Part shown: positions 1 through 7,915 of the stretch, piece after piece
How positions within the stretch are numbered: position 1 is the stretch's first letter
Layout: every line of letters begins with the position of its first letter
NCBI GenBank assembly: GCA_964447495.1
Contig: CAYUTF010000033.1
Coordinates: 1 to 27,922 of the forward strand
DNA from: an uncultured archaeon
GTDB taxonomy: Archaea; Asgardarchaeota; Lokiarchaeia; Sigyniarchaeales; SOKP01
DNA length: 27,922 nucleotides
Direction: 5' to 3'
Translations under genes and position numbers: made by a program
The notes under the pieces: model-generated
Database searches by the model: none
Told to the model about the DNA's origin: nothing
What the model saw: only the letters and a program-made list of their open reading frames with translations

Positions 1-529
1 CGCCACCAGAAATAGTGCCATATGTTGCCGAATATTCAGAGGCATCATTTACGCGGCTTAAAATTCCTGCTATAGTATTCGAAAGAAATATCCACTCTTC
101 TTGGCTTTCCACATCATATACTAACGATTCCGTTCCATCATCTAAATAATTTTCCCACTCGTCATAACCAAGAAATGTCCGGTTGATAGTGTTTAACCAT
201 ACGCCAACCCATTCCCCCGTCGTATCATCTGTTTGGTCACTACATAAATCTAAGCCAACATATACATTTGATAAGTCCTCCCCTAAATAGAGATAATTGA
301 AGCCGTCCGTATCTGGAGGGTTACCCACATCATCAATATCCAAGAAGATGGGTACTTTCCAATCTGCACCTGCCCATTCGGTCTCATCGATTATTCCATT
401 AATGTTTATTGGTTGCATTGGAGTTGAATCACTTGCTTTTGGGGACTCCACCGACAATGAGAGCGGAATTAGATCAAATGCTAAAATAACTAATAGAAGT
501 ATAATGAAAATTGCTCTTTTTTTTAACAA
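1..529 (-). CDS. Secreted/surface protein with N-terminal signal or TM segment and DOMON/CBM9-like domain (runs off the window's left edge)
   Basis: Not in the ORF track. Manual translation from TTG at 529 gives an open frame to the edge: (M)LKKRAIFIILLLVILAFDLIPLSLSVESPKASDSTPMQPINIDG-like segment PININGIIDETEWAGADWKVPIFLDIDDVGNPPDTDGFNYLYLGEDLSNVYVGLDLC... It has a basic then hydrophobic N-terminus. The IxGxIDxxEW and LYLGEDxxNVYVG patterns resemble DOMON-like sugar-binding domains. Confidence 0.75.
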   Translation of the reverse strand, partial: MLKKRAIFIILLLVILAFDLIPLSLSVESPKASDSTPMQPININGIIDETEWAGADWKVPIFLDIDDVGNPPDTDGFNYLYLGEDLSNVYVGLDLCSDQTDDTTGEWVGVWLNTINRTFLGYDEWENYLDDGTESLVYDVESQEEWIFLSNTIAGILSRVNDASEYSATYGTISGG

Positions 530-714
530 TACACTTCACTTGTTAGAAAAATTTGTTAAGTATCATTATCCTTCTTAGATATTTGAATGTATCCATTGAT
601 GATTTAAATATTTTAAAAAATCGCTAATAAGAAAGAATAATATGAAAGAAAAAGTAACCTGTATTTTCGGTATCCTAGAAAATTAAACTTAATTTTCCTA
701 AATCATTCTCCTCA

Positions 715-1239
715 TTATATATGCTTCCGATCCACTTCGACCTTTTTGTTGTTGGCGCTCGCAGCATTATATAATAAGCTTATAACTCGCGAAGCTTTAC
801 TCTTATTATATATCCTGAATTTAATCGTCTTTTTCTGACCAGAGTTTGATTCTTTAATGAAGGAAATTTTAAATTGGGTATAATCTTTACCCCATGCATA
901 ATGGAACCAATTATTGTGAGGACCTCGAGAGTATAATCGTATTTTGTCAAATTCACTCCAACTGATTGTACGTTTTGAATGTAATGGTGTGTCCATCTCA
1001 AGAATATTACTTGAGATCACAATTCTTTTACGAGCATGATTTAAATAAAAGGAGATTAGACAAGGAATAACCACAAAGATGAAAGGGATGTTTAAGACAA
1101 ACATCACAATCCAACCATCTTCAAAAGCAAGGACTCCCGAGAAAAATACATTCAAAAAAATTGCCATAATCCCAAATATTGACACAAATAGATATATTTG
1201 CCACATATTTGACTCATACACTTCATAGCTCTTACTCAT
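715..1239 (-). CDS. Hypothetical membrane protein (2 TM plus basic, possibly PH-like, soluble domain)
   Basis: ORF track 715..1275; the ATG at 1239 (MSKSYEV) is the likelier start. Two hydrophobic segments are followed by 'RTISWSEFDKIRL', similar to bacterial PH-like domains. Confidence 0.6.
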   Translation of the reverse strand: MSKSYEVYESNMWQIYLFVSIFGIMAIFLNVFFSGVLAFEDGWIVMFVLNIPFIFVVIPCLISFYLNHARKRIVISSNILEMDTPLHSKRTISWSEFDKIRLYSRGPHNNWFHYAWGKDYTQFKISFIKESNSGQKKTIKFRIYNKSKASRVISLLYNAASANNKKVEVDRKHI

Positions 1240-1468
1240 ATTTATCAAGTTTTTCAATTGTTTTTTTAATAACACTGTATAACATTAAAATTAAGGATTC
1301 TATCTTCTCTTTAGGTGCTACAATATAAAAAAGAATAAGGACCAAATGTTTACAATGCGTGGTTAGTGACACTTTTGTCCTTATTTTACACTTTCTACAC
1401 TTTATCTCACTTAATGAAATAGGTGATTTCAAAAAAGTAATATAAAAAGAAATAGAAATTAATATTAT

Positions 1469-3079
1469 TTATACAGGGACGAGCAGGTCTTGTCCATCTG
1501 TAAGCCAGTCAAGATTGACTTTTATAAATGTGATTGTTTCACGATAATCATACTTCCCCACTTCAAATAATATACAAATAGTATAATCTGAAAGGATTGC
1601 AATTGAAGAATAGGCAGAAGGTCCTTCATATACTTGTTTTGACACATTCCATGTGATCCCCTCGTCATAACTCATCCGGAGCGTAAAATGACCGCGAGAA
1701 AACTGATTTGGGTTTGAAAATAACACTCGAGACTTCATATGGGTCGATGTATTTGTAAAGCGGAATATAGACGCTTGAGTGCCCGCTTCAGGAAGATCTT
1801 GCTCATAGTAATACGGTTCCCAAACCTCCCCCCCGTTATAACTCCATGCCATTAATCGGTATCCCCCGCGTTCGGTACGACAATTTATAACTAACGATCC
1901 ATTTACGCTTTCAAATACCTGTGGCTCCTCACCCATTCCGACAAACCCCCCTTTTTGCCAGGTTATCCCATTATCGTCGCTAAAAACAACACATGCGCCT
2001 CCAATTTTCGATGGAATGATTAATCGACCATTAGACATTTGAATTCCATTCCCCGGTCCGGTGGCGCAGTATAGTCCTTCTGCTCCTAATTCTTGCGTAA
2101 GTTCTTTGGCTTCTGACCAAGTAATTCCCAGATCAGTGCTATTCATGATGAAGATCCTCTCATAATCCACACAGAACGGTAAGAATAGCGTTTGAGTACT
2201 ATTATCGAATAACGGACAAGGATTATGAACCGTATGTACTCCTCTGTTTTGTAAGATTTGAAGATTTCCCCACGTTTCGCCTCCATCAAGACTCCTTTTC
2301 ATTACCATATCAATATCGCCCCCATCTGACAGTGCATCCTGTCGCGATTCGCAAAATGCCAACATGATATCACCAGGTAATCTAATTAATGCCGGAATTC
2401 GATATCCTGGTCCTAACAAATTTCCTGTAAATAATGCTTGGCGCTGAACTCCACTAGCCCACTGGGGATTCCAAAATGCCATAATTGTTCCAAATGAACC
2501 AAATACAAATAGAAAGACAAACCCCAAGGCTGTCAACCCTCTCATCAACCGAGCTTCTCGCTTAAACCGGAACTTTTCCAGAAAAAATTTAATACTTCCT
2601 ACTATAAAAAGAGTTGCGAATCCAAAAAAAGGAATGGCAAGAACAATGATTAAGATTTCGGGTAAGGCTTCTGCTGAACCGAGGTAAAGGACTCTAAACA
2701 CGATGATAAGCAAAATACTTGCTGCGATATTCCATATTGCCCAACATATTAGCCATATTAATCTAACTTTGTTATTTGAAATTTTTTCAATTAATAATCC
2801 ACGATACCTGCCCGATTTCTTACTTAATATCGTCATAATCACACAGTATATAGGTGCACCGATTAATAGCGCAATAAACATATATAAGATCCATTCATTC
2901 TCGGTAACGATTAAAAATTCGCCCCCAAACATCATAATGAAAAGAAATGCGACCATCGCTAACAAAATAGCAAATATTAACAGGAAAATCCCTAAATAGG
3001 TGTCCCATTTCCAAATCTTCTTCAAATCCTCGTTGCGTACTTTTTCAGGTGCTCCATTAGATAATTTTTCTCTATCCAT
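1469..3079 (-). CDS. Membrane-anchored exo-alpha-sialidase (GH33, BNR/Asp-box beta-propeller) with five N-terminal TM helices
   Basis: YRIP motif; five Asp-boxes (SLDGGETW, STDLGITW, SDDNGITW, SYNGGEVW, SYDEGITW); candidate catalytic residues in GEEPQ, INCRT, FSRGH and SAYSS. Hydrophobic N-terminal ~200 aa. Confidence 0.9.
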   Translation of the reverse strand: MDREKLSNGAPEKVRNEDLKKIWKWDTYLGIFLLIFAILLAMVAFLFIMMFGGEFLIVTENEWILYMFIALLIGAPIYCVIMTILSKKSGRYRGLLIEKISNNKVRLIWLICWAIWNIAASILLIIVFRVLYLGSAEALPEILIIVLAIPFFGFATLFIVGSIKFFLEKFRFKREARLMRGLTALGFVFLFVFGSFGTIMAFWNPQWASGVQRQALFTGNLLGPGYRIPALIRLPGDIMLAFCESRQDALSDGGDIDMVMKRSLDGGETWGNLQILQNRGVHTVHNPCPLFDNSTQTLFLPFCVDYERIFIMNSTDLGITWSEAKELTQELGAEGLYCATGPGNGIQMSNGRLIIPSKIGGACVVFSDDNGITWQKGGFVGMGEEPQVFESVNGSLVINCRTERGGYRLMAWSYNGGEVWEPYYYEQDLPEAGTQASIFRFTNTSTHMKSRVLFSNPNQFSRGHFTLRMSYDEGITWNVSKQVYEGPSAYSSIAILSDYTICILFEVGKYDYRETITFIKVNLDWLTDGQDLLVPV

Positions 3080-3292
3080 TAATTTACACCTCTCTCATCT
3101 ATCACAATGAAAAATAATTTATTACATAATATTCTCGTTTAATGTTTAAAAAGATAATTCGTTGTAGATAACGATCTCCCTTAAAATCACTCAATTCAGA
3201 CGCTTAAAATCTTTTTTGAAATTGCATAATTTTTATTATCATTTCATAATTCCTAGCATTAATTTAAAAATATACATTTTTGAGATGAAATT

Positions 3293-5032
3293 GTGACAAT
3301 TTTATTAAATCCTAAAAACCATGTGCGTTATTATCCCGATGAAAATTCAAAAGAGATTATGCTGAAAACGATTAAATTTTTCGAAAATAAAGGAAAAGCA
3401 AAACTCAAAGAAGATGATCACAATAGAGTATGGTATTCCGATTTTCTTGAGTTTCAAAAAAACAATAAATGTTTTGCCCAGCTTTTAACACCAGCTCCTT
3501 ACGGTGATAATGAAAATTATCGGTGGGATACGTGGCGTATATGCGAATTTAACGAAATTCTCGCATTTTATGGACTATCTTATTGGTATACGTGGCAAGT
3601 CACCATTTTGGGCCTTGGACCTATCTGGATGAGTAAGAATGAAGCATTAAAGAAGAAAGCTGCCCAGTTGCTTAGAGATGGCGCAATTTTTGCGTTTGGA
3701 TTATCAGAACAAGCTCATGGCGCGGATATTTATGGAACGGAGATGGCTCTTACCCCACAAGCAGACGGAACTTATAGAGCCAATGGAGAAAAATATTATA
3801 TTGGAAATGGAAATGAGGCTGAAATGGTTTCAAACTTTGGTAAATTTGCTGACAAGGATGGAAACATCCCTCCCTATGATATGAAAAACAAAGATCAATA
3901 TGTCTTTTTTGTTGCAAATTATAAGAACAAGAATTACGACCTGATAAAAAATATCTGCGATAGTCAAAATTATGTCGCAAACTTTGCACTTCATGATTAC
4001 CCAATAACTGAAGAGGATATTCTTTCTAAAGGAGAGGACGCTTGGAATGCCTCACTTAATACCGTTAATGTTGGCAAATATAATTTAGGATGGGCGTCAA
4101 TTGGTATTTGTACGCATGCATTTTATGAAGCTATTCATCATGCAGCTCATCGAAGGCTCTATAATATGTACGTGACTGATTTCCAACATGTGAAGCAGAA
4201 TTTTGTTGATGCGTATACACGTTTAGTTGCTATGAAACTATTTGGATTAAGAACAGCGGATTACATGCGCATAGCTTCTAATAAAGACAGACGATACCTG
4301 CTTTATGCCCCTACAATGAAAATGAAAACAACGACTCAAGGGGAAGAAGTTATTAATCTCTTATGGGATGTAATCGCCGCAAAAGGGTTTGAAAAAGATA
4401 TGTACTTCGAAAGTGCCGCACGAGATATTCGCGCATTACCAAAGCTAGAGGGCACCGTTCATGTGAACATCGCCTTAATTTTAAAATTTATGCTCAATTT
4501 CTTTATGAATCATAAGAAATACGATGACGTTCCAAGACAAGATCAAGCTAAAAACGATGATTTTCTTTTTAATCAAGGTCCAACTCGAGGATTAGGCCGA
4601 GTGCGATTCCATGATTGGAAACCCGCATTCGAAAAATATCATTTGCCCAATGTTAAAATTTTCTTGGAACAAATCAAAATGTTTAACCTTCTTGGAACAA
4701 ATGCAACTCCAAACGCCGAACAACAAAAGGATATGGATTTTATGCTCTCTGGAATAGGAGAAATCTTTGCCTTAATTGTTTATGCTCATCTTATTATTGA
4801 AAACGCTCCAATATATAAGATTGATGAAGATACTCTGGATCAAATTTTTGACTTTCTCGTGAGAGATTTTTCCAAGTATGCATTAAACCTCTATCAGAAA
4901 TCAAGCACCACTCCTGAACAAATGGAATGGTGCCTAAAAATGATAAAAAAGCCAAATGTTGATGAAGCGAGATTTAAAAAAGTGTGGAATATCGTTCACT
5001 CCCTAAAGGATGCCTATCAAATGAATGAATAA
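3293..5032 (+). CDS. Acyl-CoA dehydrogenase
   Basis: FAFGLSEQAHGAD, ANGEKYYIGNG and LPKLEGTVHVN motifs of the ACAD family; 579 aa; GTG start. Confidence 0.92.
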   Translation: MTILLNPKNHVRYYPDENSKEIMLKTIKFFENKGKAKLKEDDHNRVWYSDFLEFQKNNKCFAQLLTPAPYGDNENYRWDTWRICEFNEILAFYGLSYWYTWQVTILGLGPIWMSKNEALKKKAAQLLRDGAIFAFGLSEQAHGADIYGTEMALTPQADGTYRANGEKYYIGNGNEAEMVSNFGKFADKDGNIPPYDMKNKDQYVFFVANYKNKNYDLIKNICDSQNYVANFALHDYPITEEDILSKGEDAWNASLNTVNVGKYNLGWASIGICTHAFYEAIHHAAHRRLYNMYVTDFQHVKQNFVDAYTRLVAMKLFGLRTADYMRIASNKDRRYLLYAPTMKMKTTTQGEEVINLLWDVIAAKGFEKDMYFESAARDIRALPKLEGTVHVNIALILKFMLNFFMNHKKYDDVPRQDQAKNDDFLFNQGPTRGLGRVRFHDWKPAFEKYHLPNVKIFLEQIKMFNLLGTNATPNAEQQKDMDFMLSGIGEIFALIVYAHLIIENAPIYKIDEDTLDQIFDFLVRDFSKYALNLYQKSSTTPEQMEWCLKMIKKPNVDEARFKKVWNIVHSLKDAYQMNE

Positions 5033-5072
5033 AAGATATTAGGATAAATTTCTGATAGAATCTAACAAATTC

Positions 5073-5084
5073 TTTTTTTTTTTT
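5073..5084 (+). terminator. Oligo-T tract (archaeal-type terminator) after the acyl-CoA dehydrogenase
   Basis: 12 consecutive T about 40 nt after the stop codon. Confidence 0.5.
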
Positions 5085-5137
5085 AATTTTTCAAGCTCCC
5101 CTCATATATTCAAAGATTATTCTTTTAGGTGTTTATA

Positions 5138-5760
5138 TATGCAACATGTTCGAAATTAGCTTTATTAACCTTCTATTACTACTTGTCTTGAATGATAATA
5201 ATATGAGGTGAACTACTAAATTGATGCCAATTGGACCTTTAATGATTGAACATCGGTTAATTGAAAAAATGATTGTCCTCATAAATGAGGAGATTGCCAA
5301 AATGAAACAATATGGCAAAGCTAACCCCCTTTTCATTGATATTGCGGTGGATTTTATCAGGATGTACGCAGATAGAACCCACCACGGAAAAGAGGAAGAT
5401 ATTCTTTTTCGAGATCTTGAAGAAAAAGAGATTTCCCCTAATCATACTAAGATTATGGAGGAACTTGTAGAAGAACATAAATGGGCGCGAAGTACGGTCG
5501 GTAAATTAGTTGATGCGAAAAATCAATATGTTAAGGGTAATGTGAAGGTAATAGATAACATTATTGATTTAATGAGCGAATTAACTGAGTTTTATCCACA
5601 GCATATTGAAAAGGAAGATAAACATTTTTTTATCCCTGTAATGAACTACTTCACTAAAGAAGAACAGGACAAAATGCTTGAAGAATTCTGGGATTTTGAT
5701 AAAACCTTAATTCATGAAAAATATATAAAGGTTGTTGAGAATCTGCAGAATAAATAATAA
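5138..5760 (+). repeat. Direct repeat copy 1 (623 bp; hemerythrin gene plus upstream region)
   Basis: Aligns without gaps to 9672..10294 (offset 4534). About 10 mismatches by eye, all at the ends. Confidence 0.95.
5221..5757 (+). CDS. Hemerythrin/HHE cation-binding domain protein (copy 1)
   Basis: LMIEHRLI, HHGKEEDILF, EEH and HIEKEDKHFF di-iron ligand motifs; GAGGTGA RBS upstream. The ATG at 5224 may be the true start. Confidence 0.9.
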   Translation: MMPIGPLMIEHRLIEKMIVLINEEIAKMKQYGKANPLFIDIAVDFIRMYADRTHHGKEEDILFRDLEEKEISPNHTKIMEELVEEHKWARSTVGKLVDAKNQYVKGNVKVIDNIIDLMSELTEFYPQHIEKEDKHFFIPVMNYFTKEEQDKMLEEFWDFDKTLIHEKYIKVVENLQNK

Positions 5761-5802
5761 TGTGTCCTATTAAGTCATTTGTTTAAATAATACTTGAAAC
5801 TC
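5761..5802 (+). repeat. 42-bp direct repeat copy A (orphan copy of the 3' end of the ArsR gene)
   Basis: tgtgtcctattaagtcatttgtttaaataatacttgaaactc matches 6536..6577 with one mismatch. Confidence 0.9.
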
Positions 5803-5842
5803 AAATAAAAATGTTTAATATTTCAATTTAGCTATTCATAAT

Positions 5843-6439
5843 TCATTTTCTGAGTTTTGGAAATATTGCTCCTGTATTTTTTTGATATTCACGATATTTT
5901 CCACCGAATCGCCTAATAAGGTCTTTTTCCTCATAGTGAATCATAATTGGAATATAGATTATAATAAATATTGCTGAAAATATTACTAAAAACCATGAAT
6001 TAATCGCAAAACTAATGGCGATAAAAAGAGGAAATTCTCCTAATGTTTGAGGATGTCGAATATGGCTATAAATTCCTCCGTACATTTCAGTATATTTTGA
6101 TGGACTAAGAGTTTCCGAGCCAGCAGCTTTTATTCCCAAATACATTATAGTACAACAGGGAACAGTAATACAGATTGCGATGATAATTCCGATCCAGATA
6201 TTAGAACTAATTATGCATGTGTCTACCAAAGGCAATGGAAACCAGATCCAAAGTATTAAATTAATTACTGAAATTAATTCAAAAAACCCGCCGATACTTC
6301 GAAATTTTTTACAATCTCTCCATGCTTTGTCGCCATATTTCTCTGCTCTCTTTACTGGTTGGATACTCAGAGTGTATACATAACTCATTATTAGACAAGA
6401 GATGATAAAGACACTAAAATTTATTATAGCGATAATCAT
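5843..6439 (-). CDS. Isoprenylcysteine carboxyl methyltransferase / PEMT family membrane methyltransferase
   Basis: Multi-TM protein with GGIYSHIRHPQTLG and EEKDLIRRFGGKYREYQKNTGAIFP, the conserved C-terminal motifs of the ICMT/PEMT family. Confidence 0.88.
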   Translation of the reverse strand: MIIAIINFSVFIISCLIMSYVYTLSIQPVKRAEKYGDKAWRDCKKFRSIGGFFELISVINLILWIWFPLPLVDTCIISSNIWIGIIIAICITVPCCTIMYLGIKAAGSETLSPSKYTEMYGGIYSHIRHPQTLGEFPLFIAISFAINSWFLVIFSAIFIIIYIPIMIHYEEKDLIRRFGGKYREYQKNTGAIFPKLRK

Positions 6440-6535
6440 ATTTACACTATTGAGTCAAAAATCTCCATTGTAAACTATTTAGTAATTAACTTCTATAAGA
6501 ACTTCATAGTATTTAAAATTGCATAATAATTGAAT

Positions 6536-6577
6536 TGTGTCCTATTAGGTCATTTGTTTAAATAATACTTGAAACTC
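6536..6577 (+). repeat. 42-bp direct repeat copy B (overlaps the ArsR stop codon)
   Basis: Matches 5761..5802 with one mismatch. Confidence 0.9.
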
Positions 6578-6886
6578 TTCTTTAACTTTAGTTAGCCCAA
6601 GATCATCAAGTAAGCTGATTGCACGTTTACTTAATGAGTAAAATGACCGCGGTTCTGAACGTTTATAATCCGTTCTTTTTTCATTTTTTATAAAATCCTG
6701 CTCCTTTAACACATTAAGATGATAATTTAAGCTATTATCTGGTATTGAAGGAAGTAACTCTTTTAGTTGGCTAAATGATAATTTTTCTTTACTCGCTAAT
6801 AATGTAAGCAATATCTTGTATCGCGTTTTTTCGGATATAATTTCTAAATCTTTTCTCATTTTTTCAAATTTTTTAGGTGTTTCCAA
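6545..6886 (-). CDS. ArsR-like winged helix-turn-helix transcriptional regulator
   Basis: TRYKILLTL...LSFSQLKELL...SLNYHLNVLKEQDFI...YSLS pattern; GGGGTGAG RBS just upstream of the TTG start. Confidence 0.85.
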   Translation of the reverse strand: METPKKFEKMRKDLEIISEKTRYKILLTLLASKEKLSFSQLKELLPSIPDNSLNYHLNVLKEQDFIKNEKRTDYKRSEPRSFYSLSKRAISLLDDLGLTKVKEEFQVLFKQMT

Positions 6887-6961
6887 ACTTTCTCACCCCT
6901 TGGTTTTTTATTTGATAAGTTTTTAATCCTCATGAAGTAATAATCAATTGGGATATTTATA

Positions 6962-6987
6962 TTTAACTCAATCATCATTGAGTCAAA
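6962..6987. promoter_or_regulatory. Palindromic operator candidate TTTAACTCAAT-CATC-ATTGAGTCAAA
   Basis: 11-bp arms with one mismatch and a 4-bp spacer, in the divergent intergenic region between the ArsR gene and 7058..7552. One arm (ATTGAGTCAAA) recurs at 6449..6459. Confidence 0.6.
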
Positions 6988-7057
6988 TTAAGTTGCAATA
7001 TAAGAATTTATTATATGAATGAATTTTAAACCTAATTAAATTAATTCTAGGATTTAT

Positions 7058-7552
7058 ATGGAACATTCACATGAAGAGACATGGGAAGAATTTTTAAATG
7101 AATTCACGAATGTGTTTTCAATCTATGATCTCTTAAAATATAAGATTTTTATCTGTGGGTCTTACAATGAGGAGAATTTCCCTAGTTTGGTTAAGACAAA
7201 GGAAATTCTAAATAGTCGTAATAATACTGTAAGTTTTTTCGAAAAAGAATTTCGGCGTACACACAGCGAAAATTTGATCTTTAAGTTTGATTTAATCGCT
7301 AAATTTTCTGATGAGATTATAATGGTGCTTGAACACGATAAAGGCGGGCAGATGATCGAAATGGGTATAATTGTAGCGTTTCCTGAATTTTATAATAAAA
7401 CAAAGGTATTCGTTCTAAAGAATATCGATATGACTCATATGCTTAAAAAAGGAGGATTATTAAAACCCTTTTTTTCTGCTGGTGAAGACATATTTTATTA
7501 TAATGATCGTGAAGAACTTCAATCCATTATAAAAAAGATTTACTTAAAATAA
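7058..7552 (+). CDS. Hypothetical protein, probable nucleoside 2-deoxyribosyltransferase (NDT)/TIR-like fold resembling retron St85-type effectors
   Basis: IFICGSY...FFEKEF...LIAKFSDEIIMVLE...GGQMIEMGII follows the IFxCG / SDxIIxxxE / GxxxExG layout of NDT-like domains. The fold call is by eye. Confidence 0.55.
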   Translation: MEHSHEETWEEFLNEFTNVFSIYDLLKYKIFICGSYNEENFPSLVKTKEILNSRNNTVSFFEKEFRRTHSENLIFKFDLIAKFSDEIIMVLEHDKGGQMIEMGIIVAFPEFYNKTKVFVLKNIDMTHMLKKGGLLKPFFSAGEDIFYYNDREELQSIIKKIYLK

Positions 7553-7643
7553 TGGTTATTAACTCTCTTATCTTTTCTTATTTTTTTTTGAAAAAAAGCT
7601 TTGGGAAATTATAAAAATTTAAATAATATAACTATCCGTAGTA

Positions 7644-7913
7644 TTAACCCCAATCATTTCGGTAACCCGTGCCTCCTAAAGGCCATGTGAAGATAATTGC
7701 CTCTTCCTCACAGACATACCAGCAAGATGCGCACTCCATACAATTTTCTAAGCTCTTAACCCTTGCCTTTTTTTCTACCATTTCAAAACATCCTGCTAAG
7801 CATACTTTTACACAGTTCATGCATCCTATACATTTCTTTTCATCAATCTTTATGAAATCTCCCGTTCCCTTAACCCACTCAACACCTGGGAAGTTCTTTA
7901 AATTCTTAACCAT
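7644..7913 (-). CDS. 2x[4Fe-4S] ferredoxin, FixX-like
   Basis: CIGCMNCVKVC and CMECASCWYVC motifs; C-terminal WPLGGTGYRNDWG like FixX; starts 2 nt after the flavoprotein stop codon. Confidence 0.88.
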   Translation of the reverse strand: MVKNLKNFPGVEWVKGTGDFIKIDEKKCIGCMNCVKVCLAGCFEMVEKKARVKSLENCMECASCWYVCEEEAIIFTWPLGGTGYRNDWG

Positions 7914-7915
7914 CC

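Noticed and set aside
297-578. 93-aa plus-strand ORF from the track
   Set aside because: Antisense shadow of the better-supported minus-strand secreted protein at 1..529.
1232-1432. 66-aa ORF with a CxxC
   Set aside because: TTG start, overlaps the next gene, AT-rich intergenic composition and no recognisable family.
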